Origin: the human T2T-CHM13v2.0 reference genome, Homo sapiens
DNA: 64,000 nt
Assembly: GCF_009914755.1 (NCBI RefSeq)
Contig: NC_060929.1
Direction: 5' to 3' (one strand)
In this document: positions 1 to 13,200 of the stretch, piece after piece
Layout: each line of letters starts with the position of its first letter
Position numbering within the stretch: position 1 is the stretch's first letter
Notes under the pieces: generated by a model
Seen by the model: only the letters and a program-made list of their open reading frames with translations
The model's database searches: none
Told to the model about the DNA's origin: nothing
Translations under genes and position numbers: made by a program

Positions 1-381
1 TTTGTAAAGTCTGCACGTGGATAATTTGATCACTTAGAGGCCTTCGTTGGAAAGGGGTTTTTTTCATGTAAGGCTAGACAGAAGAATTCTCAGTAACTTC
101 CTTGTGTTGTGTGTATTCAACTCACAGAGTTGAACGATCCTTTACACAGAGCAGACTTGTAACACTCTTTTTGTGGAATTTGCAAGTGGAGATTTCAGCC
201 GCTTTGAAGTCAAAGGTAGAAAAGGAAATATCTTCCTATAAAAAATAGACAGAATGATTCTCAGAAACTCCTTTGTGATGTGTGCGTTCAACTCACAGAG
301 TTTAACCTTTCTTTTCATAGAGCAGTTAGGAAACACTCTCCTTGTAAAGTCTGCAAGTGGATATTCAGCCCTCTTTGAGGC

Positions 382-398
382 CTTCGTTGGAAACGGGT
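382..398 (+). promoter_or_regulatory. CENP-B box variant CTTCGTTGGAAACGGGT (representative; typical of C, D, E and D' dimers)
   Basis: All 9 core positions are intact and only the last base differs. It is followed by a T-run. Confidence 0.93.
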
Positions 399-720
399 TT
401 TTTTCATATAAGGCTAGACAGAAGAATTCCCAGTAACTTCCTTGTGTTGTGTACATTCAACTCACAGAGTTGAACGTTCCCTTAGACAGAGCAGATTTGA
501 AACTCTCTTTTTGTGCAATTGGCAAGTGGAGATTTCAAGCGCTTTAAGGTCAATGGCAGAAAAGGAAATATCTTCGTTTCAAAACTAGACAGAATCATTC
601 CCACAAACTGCGTTGTGATGTGTTCGTTCAACTCACAGAGTTTAACCTTTCTTTTCTTAGAGCAGTTAGGAAACAGTCTGTTTGAAAATTCTGTAAGTGG
701 ATATTCTGACATCTTGTGGC

Positions 721-737
721 CTTCGTTGGAAACGGGA
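721..737 (+). promoter_or_regulatory. CENP-B box, canonical CTTCGTTGGAAACGGGA (representative; this form is typical of A and B dimers)
   Basis: Exact match to the 17-bp CENP-B box, with core nTTCGnnnnAnnCGGGn intact. The next copy is at 1061, 340 bp later. Confidence 0.97.
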
Positions 738-889
738 TTTCTTCATATTCTGCTAGACAGAAGAATTCTCAGAATCTTCCTTGTGTTGTGTGTATTCAAC
801 TCACACGGTTGAACGATCCTTTACACAGAGCAGATTTGAAACACTCATTTGGTGGAATTTGCAAGTGGAGATTTCAGCCGCTTTGAGGT

Positions 890-906
890 CAATGGTAGAA
901 AAGGAA
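890..906 (+). promoter_or_regulatory. A-box / pJalpha-like site of the alternate (A-type) monomer (representative)
   Basis: CAATGGTAGAAAAGGAA sits at the position homologous to the CENP-B box, 169 bp after the box at 721 and 171 bp before the box at 1061. It resembles the pJalpha motif of A-type monomers. Confidence 0.6.
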
Positions 907-2520
907 ATATCTTCGTATAACAACTAGACAGAATGTTTCTCAGAAACTTCTTTGTGATGTGTGCGTTCAACTCACAGAGTTTAACCTTTCTTTTCATAGA
1001 GCAGTTAGGAAACACTCTGTTTGTAAACTCTGCAAGTGGATGTTCAGACCTCTTTGAGGCCTTCGTTGGAAACGGGATTTCTTCATACTGTGCTAGACAG
1101 AAGAATTCTCAGTAACTTCCTTGTGTTGTGTGTATTCAACTCACAGAGTTGAACGATCCTTTACACAGAGCAGACTTGAAACACTCTTTTTGTGGAATTT
1201 GCAAGTGGAGATTTCAGCCGCGTTGAGGTCAATGGTAGAAAAGGAAATATCTTCGTATAAAAACTAGACAGAATGATTCTCAGAAACTCCTTTGTGATGT
1301 GTGTGTTCAACTCACAGAGTTTAACCTTTCTTTTCATAGAGCAGTTAGGAATCACTCTGTTTGTAAAGTCTGCAAGTGGATATTCAGACCTCTTTGAGGC
1401 CTTCGTTGGAAACGGGTTTTTTTCATATAAGGCTAGACAGAAGAATTCCCAGTAACTTCCTTGTGTTTTGTGTGTTCAACTCACAGAGTTGAACTTTCAT
1501 TTACACAGAGCAGATTTGAAACACTCTTTTTGTGGAATTTGCAAATGGAGATTTCAAGCGCTTTGAGGCCAAAGGCAGAAAAGGAAATATCTTCGTATAA
1601 AAACTAGACAGAATCATTCTCAGAAACTGCTCTGCGATGTGTGCGTTCAACTCTCAGAGTTTAACTTTGCTTTTCTTTCAGCAGTTTGGAAACACTCTGT
1701 TTGTAAAGTCTGCACGTGGATAATTTGACCACTTAGAGGCCTTCGTTGGAAACGGGTTTTTTTCATGTAAGGCTAGACAGAAGAATTCTCAGTAACTTCC
1801 TTGTGTTGTGTGTATTCAACTCACACAGTTGAACGATCCTTTACACAGAGCAGACTTGTAACACTCTTTTTGTGGAATTTGCAAGTGGAGATTTCAGCCG
1901 CTTTGAAGTCAAAGGTAGAAAAGGAAATATCTTCCTATAAAAACTAGACAGAATGATTCTCAGAAACTCCTTTGTGATGTGTGCGTTCAACTCACAGAGT
2001 TTAACCTTTCTTTTCATAGAGCAGTTAGGAAACACTCTGTTTGTAAAGTCTCCAAGTGGATATTCAGACCTCTTTGAGGCCTTCGTTGGAAACGGGTTTT
2101 TTTCATATAAGGCTAGACAGAAGAATTCCCAGTAACTTCCTTGTGTTGTGTGTGTTCAACTCACAGAGTTGAACTTTGATTTACACAGAGCAGATTTGAA
2201 ACACTCTTTTTGTGGAATTTGCAAGTGGAGATTTCAAGCGCTTTGAGGCCAAAGGCAGAAAAGGAAATATCTTCGTATAAAAACTAGACAGAATCATTCT
2301 CAGAAACTGCTCTGCGATGTGTGCGTTCAACTCTCAGAGTTTAACTTTTCTTTTCATTCAGCAGTTTGGAAACACTCTGTTTGTAAAGTCTGCACGTGGA
2401 TATTTTGACCACTTAGAGGCCTTCGTTGGAAACGGGTTTTTTTCCTGTAAGGCTAGACAGAAGAATTCCCAGTAACTTCCTTGTGTTGTGTACATTCAAC
2501 TCACAGAGTTGAACGTTCCC

Positions 2521-5500
2521 TTAGACAGAGCAGATTTGAAACACTCTTTTTGTGCAATTGGCAAGTGGAGATTTCAAGCGCTTTAAGGTCAATGGCAGAA
2601 AAGGAAATATCTTCGTTTCAAAACTAGACAGAATCATTCCCACAAACTGCGTTGTGATGTGTTCGTTCATCTCACAGAGTTTAACCTTTCTTTTCATAGA
2701 GCAGTTAGGAAACAGTCTGTTTGAAAATTCTGTAAGTGGATATTCTGACATCTTGTGGCCTTCGTTGGAAACGGGATTTCTTCATATTCTGCTAGACAGA
2801 AGAATTCTCAGAATCTTCCTTGTGTTGTGTGTATTCAACTCACACAGTTGAACGATCCTTTACACAGAGCAGATTTGAAACACTCATTTGGTGGAATTTG
2901 CAAGTGGAGATTTCAGCCGCTTTGAGGTCAATGGTAGAAAAGGAAATATCTTCGTATAAAAACTAGACAGAATGATTCTCAGAAACTTCTTTGTGATGTG
3001 TGCGTTCAACTCACAGAGTTTAACCTTTCTTTTCATAGAGCAGTTAGGAAACACTCTGTTTGTAAACTCTGCAAGTGGATATTCAGACGTCTTTGAGGCC
3101 TTCGTTGGAAACGGGATTTCTTCATACTGTGCTAGACAGAAGAATTCTCAGTAACTTCCTTGTGTTGTGTGTATTCAACTCACAGAGTTGAACGATCGTT
3201 TACACAGAGCAGACTTGAAACACTCTTTTTGTGGAATTTGCAAGTGGAGATTTCAGCCGCGTTGAGGTCAATGGTAGAAAAGGAAATATCTTCGTATAAA
3301 AACTAGACAGAATGATTCTCAGAAACTCCTTTGTGATGTGTGTGTTCAACTCACAGAGTTTAACCTTTCTTTTCATAGAGCAGTTAGGAATCACTCTGTT
3401 TGTAAAGTCTGCAAGTGGATATTCAGACCTCTTTGAGGCCTTCGTTGGAAACGGGTTTTTTTCATATAAGGCTAGACAGAAGAATTCCCAGTAACTTCCT
3501 TGTGTTGTGTGTGTTCAACTCACAGAGTTGAACTTTTATTTACACAGAGCAGATTTGAAACTCTCTTTTTGTGGAATTTGCAATTGGAGATTTCAAGCGC
3601 TTTGAGGCCAAAGGCAGAAAAGGAAATATCTTCGTATAAAAACTAGACAGAATCATTCTCAGAAACTGCTCTGCGATGTGTGCGTTCAACTCTCAGAGTT
3701 TAACTTTGCTTTTCATTCAGCAGTTTGGAAACACTCTGTTTGTAAAGTCTGCACGTGGATAATTTGACCACTTAGAGGCCTTCGTTGGAAACGGGTTTTT
3801 TTCATGTAAGGCTAGACAGAAGAATTCTCAGTAACTTCCTTGTGTTGTGTGTATTAAACTCACACAGTTGAACGATCCTTTACACAGAGCAGACTTGTAA
3901 CACTCTTTTTGTGGAATTTGCAAGTGGAGATTTCAGCCGCTTTGAAGTCAAAGGTAGAAAAGGAAATATCTTCCTATAAAAACTAGACAGAATGATTCTC
4001 AGAAACTCCTTTGTGATGTGTGCGTTCAACTCACAGAGTTTAACCTTTCTTTTCATAGAGCAGTTAGGAAACACTCTGTTTGTAAAGTCTCCAAGTGGAT
4101 ATTCAGACCTCTTTGAGGCCTTCGTTGGAAACGTGTTTTTTTCATATAAGGCTAGACAGAAGAATTCCCAATAACTTCCTTGTGTTGTGTGTGTTCAACT
4201 CACAGAGTTGAACTTTGATTTACACAGAGCAGATTTGAAACACTCTTTTTGTGGAATTTGCAAGTGGAGATTTCAAGCGCTTTGAGGCCAAAGGCAGAAA
4301 AGGAAATATCTTCGTATAAAAACTAGACAGAATCATTCTCAGAAACTGCTCTGCGATGTGTGCGTTCAACTCTCAGAGTTTAACTTTTCTTTTCATTCAG
4401 CAGTTTGGAAACACTCTGTTTGTAAAGTCTGCACGTGGATAATTTGACCACTTAGAGGCCTTCGTTGGAAACGGGTTTTTTTCATGTAAGGCTAGACAGA
4501 AGAATTCTCAGTAACTTCCTTGTGTTGTGTGTATTCAACTCACACAGTTGAACGATCCTTTACACAGAGCAGACTTGTAACACTCTTTTTGTGGAATTTG
4601 CAAGTGGAGATTTCAGCCGCTTTGAAGTCAAAGGTAGAAAAGGAAATATCTTCCTATAAAAACTAGACAGAATGATTCTCAGAAACTCCTTTGTGATGTG
4701 TGTGTTCAACTCACAGAGTTTAACCTTTCTTTTCATAGAGCAGTTAGGAATCACTCTGTTTGTAAAGTCTGCAAGTGGATATTCAGACCTCTTTGAGGCC
4801 TTCGTTGGAAACGGGTTTTTTTCATATAAGGCTAGACAGAAGAATTCCCAGTAACTTCCTTGTGTTGTGTGTGTTCAACTCACAGAGTTGAACTTTCATT
4901 TACACAGAGCAGATTTGAAACACTCTTTTTGTGGAATTTGCAAATGGAGATTTCAAGCGCTTTGAGGCCAAAGGCAGAAAAGGAAATATCTTCGTATAAA
5001 AACTAGACAGAATCATTCTCAGAAACTGCTCTGCGATGTGTGCGTTCAACTCTCAGAGTTTAACTTTTCTTTTCATTCAGCAGTTTGGAAACACTCTGTT
5101 TGTAAAGTCTGCACGTGGATAATTTGACCACTTAGAGGCCTTCGTTGGAAACGGGTTTTTTTCATGTAAGGCTAGACAGAAGAATTCTCAGTAACTTCCT
5201 TGTGTTGTGTGTATTCAACTCACACAGTTGAACGATCCTTTACACAGAGCAGACTTGTAACACTCTTTTTGTGGAATTTGCAAGTGGAGATTTCAGCCGC
5301 TTTGAAGTCAAAGGTAGAAAAGGAAATATCTTCCTATAAAAACTAGACAGAATGATTCTCAGAAACTCCTTTGTGATGTGTGTATTCAACTCACAGAGTT
5401 TAACCTTTCTTTTCATAGAGCAGTTAGGAAACACTCTGCTTGTAAAGTCTGCAAGTGGATATTCAGCCCTCTTTGAGGCCTTCGTTGGAAACGGGTTTTT

Positions 5501-5919
5501 TTCATATAAGGCTAGACAGAAGAATTCCCAGTAACTTCCTTGTGTTGTGTGTGTTCTACCCCCAGAGTTGAACTTTGATTTACACAGAGCAGATTTGAAA
5601 CACTCTTTTTGTGGAATTTGCAAGTGGAGATTTCAAGCGCTTTGAGGCCAAAGGCAGAAAAGGAAATATCTTCGTATAAAAACTAGACAGAATCATTCTC
5701 AGAAACTGCTCTGCGATGTGTGCGTTCAACTCTCAGAGTTTAACTTTTCTTTTCATTCAGCAGTTTGGAAACACTCTGTTTGTAAAGTCTGCACGTGGAT
5801 ATTTTGACCACTTAGAGGCCTTCGTTGGAAACGGGTTTTTTTCCTGTAAGGCTAGACAGAAGAATTCCCAGTAACTTCCTTGTGTTGTGTACATTCAACT
5901 CACAGAGTTGAACGTTCCC
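2521..5919 (+). repeat. 20-mer HOR variant A-B-C-(D-E)3-D' (3399 bp)
   Basis: E-type dimers at 3880, 4560 and 5240 (680-bp period) lie between A dimers at 2521 and 5920. Confidence 0.85.
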
Positions 5920-8632
5920 TTAGACAGAGCAGATTTGAAACACTCTTTTTGTGCAATTGGCAAGTGGAGATTTCAAGCGCTTTAAGGTCAATGGCAGAAA
6001 AGGAAATATCTTCGTTTCAAAACTAGACAGAATCATTCCCACAAACTGCGTTGTGATGTGTTCGTTCATCTCACAGAGTTTAACCTTTCTTTTCGTAGAG
6101 CAGTTAGGAAACAGTCTGTTTGTAAATTCTGTAAGTGGATATTCTGACATCTTGTGGCCTTCGTTGGAAACGGGATTTCTTCATATTCTGCTAGACAGAA
6201 GAATTCTCAGAATCTTCCTTGTGTTGTGTGTATTCAACTCACACAGTTGAAAGATTGTTTACACAGAGCAGATTTGAAACACTCTTTTTGTGGAATTTGC
6301 AAGTGGAGATTTCAGCCGCTTTGAGGTCAATGGTAGAAAAGGAAATATCTTCGTATAAAAACTAGACAGAATGATTCTCAGAAACTTCTTTGTGATGTGT
6401 GCGTTCAACTCACAGAGTTTAACCTTTCTTTTCATAGAGCAGTTAGGAAACACTCTGTAAACTCTGCAAGTGGATATTTAGACCTCTTTGAGGCCTTCGT
6501 TGGAAACGGGATTTCTTCATACTGTGCTAGACAGAAGAATTCTCAGTAACTTCCTTGTGTTGTGTGTATTCAACTCACAGAGTTGAACGATCCTTTACAC
6601 AGAGCAGACTTGAAACACTCTTTGTGGAATTTGCAATTGGAGATTTCAGCCGCGTTGAGGTCAATGGTAGAAAAGGAAATATCTTCGTATAAAAACTAGA
6701 CAGAATGATTCTCAGAAACTCCTTTGTGATGTGTGTGTTCAACTCACAGAGTTTAACCTTTCTTTTCATAGAGCAGTTAGGAATCACTCTGTTTGTAAAG
6801 TCTGCAAGTGGATATTCAGCCCTCTTTGAGGCCTTCGTTGGAAACGGGTTTTTTTCATATAAGGCTACACAGAAGAATTCCCAGTAACTTCCTTGTGTTG
6901 TGTGTGTTCAACTCACAGAGTTGAACTTTGATTTACACAGAGCAGATTTGAAACACTCTTTTTGTGGAATTTGCCAGTGGAGATTTCAAGCGCTTTGAGG
7001 CCAAAGGCAGAAAAGGAAATATCTTCGTATAAAAACTAGACAGAATCATTCTCAGAAACTGCTCTGCGATGTGTGCGTTCAACTCTCAGAGTTTAATTTT
7101 TCTTTTCATTCAGCAGTTTGGAAACACTCTGTTTGTAAAGTCTGCACGTGGATAATTTGACCACTTAGAGGCCTTCGTTGGAAACGGGTTTTTTTCATGT
7201 AAGGCTAGACAGAAGAATTCTCAGTAACTTCCTTGTGTTGTGTGTATTCAACTCACAGAGTTGAACGATCCTTTACACAGAGCAGACTTGTAACACTCTT
7301 TTTGTGGAATTTGCAAGTGGAGATTTCAGCCGCTTTGAAGTCAAAGGTAGAAAAGGAAATATCTTCCTATAAAAACTAGACAGAATGATTCTCAGAAACT
7401 CCTTTGTGATGTGTGCGTTCAACTCACAGAGTTTAACCTTTCTTTTCATAGAGCAGTTAGGAAACACTCTGCTTGTAAAGTCTGCAAGTGGATATTCAGC
7501 CCTCTTTGAGGCCTTCGTTGGAAACGGGTTTTTTTCATATAAGGCTAGACAGAAGAATTCCCAGTAACTTCCTTGTGTTGTGTGTGTTCAACTCACAGAG
7601 TTGAACTTTCGTTTACACAGAGCAGATTTGAAACACTCTTTTTGTGGAATTTGCAAATGGAGATTTCAAGCGCTTTGAGGCCAAAGGCAGAAAAGGAAAT
7701 ATCTTCGTATAAAAACTAGACAGAATCATTCTCAGAAACTGCTCTGCGATGTGTGCGTTCAACTCTCAGAGTTTAACTTTGCTTTTCATTCAGCAGTTTG
7801 GAAACACTCTGTTTGTAAAGTCTGCACGTGGATAATTTGACCACTTAGAGGCCTTCGTTGGAAACGGGTTTTTTTCATGTAAGGCTAGACAGAAGAATTC
7901 TCAGTAACTTCCTTGTGTTGTGTGTATTCAACTCACAGAGTTGAACGATCCTTTACACAGAGGAGACTTGTAACACTCTTTTTGTGGAATTTGCAAGTGG
8001 AGATTTCAGCCGCTTTGAAGTCAAAGGTAGAAAAGGAAATATCTTCCTATAAAAACTAGACAGAATGATTCTCAGAAACTCCTTTGTGATGTGTGCGTTC
8101 AACTCACAGAGTTTAACCTTTCTTTTCATAGAGCAGTTAGGAAACACTCTGCTTGTAAAGTCTGCAAGTGGATATTCAGCCCTCTTTGAGGCCTTCGTTG
8201 GAAACGGGTTTTTTTCATATAAGGCTAGACAGAAGAATTCCCAGTAACTTCCTTGTGTTGTGTGTGTTCTACTCACAGAGTTGAACTTTGATTTACACAG
8301 AGCAGATTTGAAACACTCTTTTTGTGGAATTTGGAAGTGGAGATTTCAAGCGCTTTGAGGCCAAAGGCAGAAAAGGAAATATCTTCGTATAAAAACTAGA
8401 CAGAATCATTCTCAGAAACTGCTCTGCGATGTGTGCGTTCAACTCTCAGAGTTTAACTTTTCTTTTCATTCAGCAGTTTGGAAACACTCTGTTTGTAAAG
8501 TCTGCACGTGGATATTTTGACCACTTAGAGGCCTTCGTTGGAAACGGGTTTTTTTCCTGTAAGGCTAGACAGAAGAATTCCCAGTAACTTCCTTGTGTTG
8601 TGTACATTCAACTCACAGAGTTGAACGTTCCC
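5920..8632 (+). repeat. 16-mer HOR variant A-B-C-(D-E)2-D' (2713 bp, including 4-bp and 2-bp deletions)
   Basis: E dimers at 7273 and 7953. Small deletions at ~6455 (CTCTGTAAAC) and ~6620 (CACTCTTTGTGG). Confidence 0.85.
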
Positions 8633-9999
8633 TTAGACAGAGCAGATTTGAAACACTCTTTTTGTGCAATTGGCAAGTGGAGATTTCAAGCGCTTTGAGG
8701 TCAATGGCAGAAAAGGAAATATCTTCGTTTCAAAACTAGACAGAATCATTCCCACAAACTGCGTTGTGATGTGTTCGCTCAACTCACAGAGTTTAACCTT
8801 TCTTTTCATAGAGCAGTTAGGAAACAGTCTGTTTGTAAATTCTGTAAGTGGATATTCTGACATCTTGTGGCCTTCGTTGGAAACGGGATTTCTTCATATT
8901 CTGCTAGACAGAAGAATTCTCAGAATCTTCCTTGTGTTGTGTGTATTCAACTCACAGAGTTGAACGATGGTTTACACAGAGCAGATTTGAAACACTCTTT
9001 TTGTGGAATTTTCAAGTGGAGATTTCAGCCGCTTTGAGGTCAATGGTAGAAAAGGAAATATCTTCGTATAAAAACTAGACAGAATGATTCTCAGAAACTT
9101 CTTTGTGATGTGTGCGTTCAACTCACAGAGTTTAACCTTTCTTTTCATAGAGCAGTTAGGAAACACTGTGTTTTTAAACTGTGCAAGTGGATATTCAGAC
9201 CTCTTTGAGGCCTTCGTTGGAAACGGGATTTCTTCATACTGTGCTAGACAGAAGAATTCTCAGTAACTTCCTTGTTTTGTGTGTATTCAACTCACAGAGT
9301 TGAACGATCCTTTACACAGAGCAGACTTGAATCACTCTTTTTGTGGAATTTGCAAGTGGAGATTTCAGCCGCGTTGAGGTCAATGGTAGAAAAGGAAATA
9401 TCTTCGTATAAAAACTAGACAGAATGATTCTCAGAAACTCCTTTGTGATGTGTGTGTTCAACTCACAGAGTTTAACATTTCTTTTCATAGAGCAGTTAGG
9501 AAACACTCTGTTTGTAAAGTTTGCAAGTGGATATTCAGACCTCTTTGAGGCCTTCGTTGGAAACGGGTTTTTTTCATATAAGGCTAGACAGAAGAATTCC
9601 CAGTAACTTCCTTGTGTTGTGTGTGTTCAACTCACAGAGTTGAACTTTCATTTACACAGAGCAGATTTGAAACTCTCTTTTTGTGGAATTTACAAATGGA
9701 GATTTCAAGCGCTTTGAGGCCAAAGGCAGAAAAGGAAATATCTTCGTATAAAAACTAGACAGAATCATTCTCAGAAACTGCTCTGCGATGTGTGCGTTCA
9801 ACTCTCAGAGTTTAACTTTTCTTTTCATTCAGCAGTTTGGAAACACTCTGTTTGTAAAGTCTGCACGTGCATAATTTGACCACTTAGAGGCCTTCGTTGG
9901 AAACAGGTTTTTTTCATGTAAGGCTAGACAGAAGAATTCTCAGTAACTTCCTTGTGTTGTGTGTATTCAACTCACACAGTTGAACGATCCTTTACACAG

Positions 10000-12900
10000 A
10001 GCAGACTTGTAACACTCTTTTTGTGGAATTTGCAAGTGGAGATTTCAGCCGCTTTGAAGTCAAAGGTAGAAAAGGAAATATCTTCCTATAAAAACTAGAC
10101 AGAATGATTCTCAGAAACTCCTTTGTGATGTGTGCGTTCAACTCACAGAGTTTAACCTTTCTTTTCATTCACCAGTTTGGAAACACTCTGTTTGTAAAGT
10201 CTGCACGTGGATATTTTGACCACTTAGAGGCCTTCGTTGGAAACGGGTTTTTTTCCTGTAAGGCTAGACAGAAGAATTCCCAGTAACTTCCTTGTGTTGT
10301 GTACATTCAACTCACAGAGTTGAACGTTCCCTTAGACAGAGCAGATTTGAAACACTCTTTTTGTGCAATTGGCAAGTGGAGATTTCAAGCGCTTTGAGGT
10401 CAATGGCAGAAAAGGAAATATCTTCGTTTCAAAACTAGACAGAATCATTCCCACAAACTGCGTTGTGATGTGTTCGTTCAACTCACAGAGTTTAACCTTT
10501 CTTTTCATAGAGCAGTTAGGAAACAGTCTGTTTGTAAATTCTGTAAGTGGATATTCTGACATCTTGTGGCCTTCGTTGGAAACGGGATTTCTTCATATTC
10601 TGCTAGACAGAAGAATTCTCAGAATCTTCCTTGTGTTGTGTGTATTCAACTCACAGAGTTGAACGATGGTTTACACAGAGCAGATTTGAAACACTCTTTT
10701 GGTGGAATTTGCAAGTGGAGATTTCAGCCGCTTTGAGGTCAATGGTAGAAAAGGAAATATCTTCGTATAAAAACTAGACAGAATGATTCTCAGAAACTTC
10801 TTTGTGATGTGTGCGTTCAACTCATAGAGTTTAACCTTTCTTTTCATAGAGCAGTTAGGAAACACTCGGTTTGTAAACTCTGCAAGTGGATATTCAGACC
10901 TCTTTGAGGCCTTCGTTGGAAACGGGATTTCTTCATACTGTGCTAGACAGAAGAATTCTCAGTAACTTCCTTGTGTTGTGTGTATTCAACTCACAGAGTT
11001 GAACGATCCTTTACACAGAGCGGACTTGAAACACTCTTTTTGTGAAATTTGCAAGTGGAGATTTCAGCCGCGTTGAGGTCAATGGTAGAAAAGGAAATAT
11101 CTTCGTATAAAAACTAGACAGAATGATTCTCAGAAACTCCTTTGTGATGTGTGTGTTCAACTCACAGAGTTTAACCTTTCTTTTCATAGAGCAGTTAGGA
11201 AACACTCTGTTTGTAAAGTCTGCAAGTGGATATTCAGACCTCTTTGAGGCCTTCGTTGGAAACGGGTTTTTTTCATATAAGGCTAGACAGAAGAATTCCC
11301 AGTAACTTCCTTGTGTTGTGTGTGTTCAACTCACAGAGTTGAACTTTCATTTACACAGAGCAGATTTGAAACACTCTTTTTGTATAATTTGCAAATGGAG
11401 ATTTCAAGCGCTTTGAGGCCAAAGGCAGAAAAGGAAATATCTTCTTATAAAAACTAGACAGAATCATTCTCAGAAACTGCTCTGCGATGTGTGCGTTCAA
11501 CTCTCAGAGTTTAACTTTTCTTTTCATTCAGCAGTTTGGAAACACTCTGTTTGTAAAGTCTGCACGTGGATAATTTGACCACTTAGAGGCCTTCGTTGGA
11601 AACGGGTTTTTTTCATGTAAGGCTAGACAGAAGAATTCTCAGTAACTTCCTTGTGTTGTGTGTATTCAACTCACAGAGTTGAACGATCCTTTACACAGAG
11701 CAGACTTGTAACACTCTTTTTGTGGAATTTGCAAGTGGAGATTTCAGCCGCTTTGAAGTCAAAGGTAGAAAAGGAAATATCTTCCTATAAAAACTAGACA
11801 GAATGATTCTCAGAAACTCCTTTGTGATGTGTGCGTTCAACTCACAGAGTTTAACCTTTCTTTTCATTCACCAGTTTGGAAACACTCTGTTTGTAAAGTC
11901 TGCACGTGGATATTTTGACCACTTAGAGGCCTTCGTTGGAAACGGGTTTTTTTCCTGTAAGGCTAGACAGAAGAATTCCCAGTAACTTCCTTGTGTTGTG
12001 TACATTCAACTCACAGAGTTGAACGTTCCCTTAGACAGAGCAGATTTGAAACACTCTTTTTGTGCAATTGGCAAGTGGAGATTTCAAGCGCTTTGAGGTC
12101 AATGGCAGAAAAGGAAATATCTTCGTTTCAAAACTAGACAGAATCATTCCCACAAACTGCGTTGTGATGTGTTCGTTCAACTCACAGAGTTTAACCTTTC
12201 TTTTCATAGAGCAGTTAGGAAACAGTCTGTTTGTAAATTCTGTAAGTGGATATTCTGACATCTTGTGGCCTTCGTTGGAAACGGGATTTCTTCATATTCT
12301 GCTAGACAGAAGAATTCTCAGAATCTTCCTTGTGTTGTGTGTATTCAACTCACAGAGTTGAACGATGGTTTACACAGAGCAGATTTGAAACACTCTTTTG
12401 GTGGAATTTGCAAGTGGAGATTTCAGCCGCTTTGAGGTCAATGGTAGAAAAGGAAATATCTTCGTATAAAAACTAGACAGAATGATTCTCAGAAACTTCT
12501 TTGTGATGTGTGCGTTCAACTCATAGAGTTTAACCTTTCTTTTCATAGAGCAGTTAGGAAACACTCGGTTTGTAAACTCTGCAAGTGGATATTCAGACCT
12601 CTTTGAGGCCTTCGTTGGAAACGGGATTTCTTCATACTGTGCTAGACAGAAGAATTCTCAGTAACTTCCTTGTGTTGTGTGTATTCAACTCACAGAGTTG
12701 AACGATCCTTTACACAGAGCGGACTTGAAACACTCTTTTTGTGAAATTTGCAAGTGGAGATTTCAGCCGCGTTGAGGTCAATGGTAGAAAAGGAAATATC
12801 TTCGTATAAAAACTAGACAGAATGATTCTCAGAAACTCCTTTGTGATGTGTGTGTTCAACTCACAGAGTTTAACCTTTCTTTTCATAGAGCAGTTAGGAA

Positions 12901-13200
12901 ACACTCTGTTTGTAAAGTCTGCAAGTGGATATTCAGACCTCTTTGAGGCCTTCGTTGGAAACGGGTTTTTTTCATATAAGGCTAGACAGAAGAATTCCCA
13001 GTAACTTCCTTGTGTTGTGTGTGGTCAACTCACAGAGTTGAACTTTCATTTACACAGAGCAGATTTGAAACACTCTTTTTGTATAATTTGCAAATGGAGA
13101 TTTCAAGCGCTTTGAGGCCAAAGGCAGAAAAGGAAATATCTTCTTATAAAAACTAGACAGAATCATTCTCAGAAACTGCTCTGCGATGTGTGCGTTCAAC
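10000..13200 (+). repeat. Tandem duplication of a 1699-bp 10-mer HOR variant
   Basis: Six private markers recur at exactly +1699: CATTCACCAG 10166/11865, CTCATAGAG 10821/12520, CACTCGGT, TGTGAAATTT 11041/12740, TGTATAATTT 11381/13080 and CTTCTTATAA. Confidence 0.9.

Larger units (their letters stand above)
482..2520 (+). repeat. Representative 12-mer HOR unit A-B-C-D-E-D' (2039 bp)
   Basis: A-dimer landmarks at 482 and 2521 are 2039 bp apart. Similar 2036-2040 bp spacings recur, e.g. 12031-14069, 38862-40900 and 58913-60949-62987. Confidence 0.9.

Noticed and set aside
1414-1430. GGG followed by a T7 run as an intrinsic or Pol III terminator
   Set aside because: There is no associated transcription unit or GC-rich stem. 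It is simply the tail of the CENP-B box in C, D and E dimers.
1712-1720. E-box/PmlI palindrome CACGTG in D and D' dimers as a bHLH or CDEI-like site
   Set aside because: A 6-mer arising from a single difference from CAAGTG and amplified with the repeat. It is lost in some copies, and the sequence gives no evidence of function.
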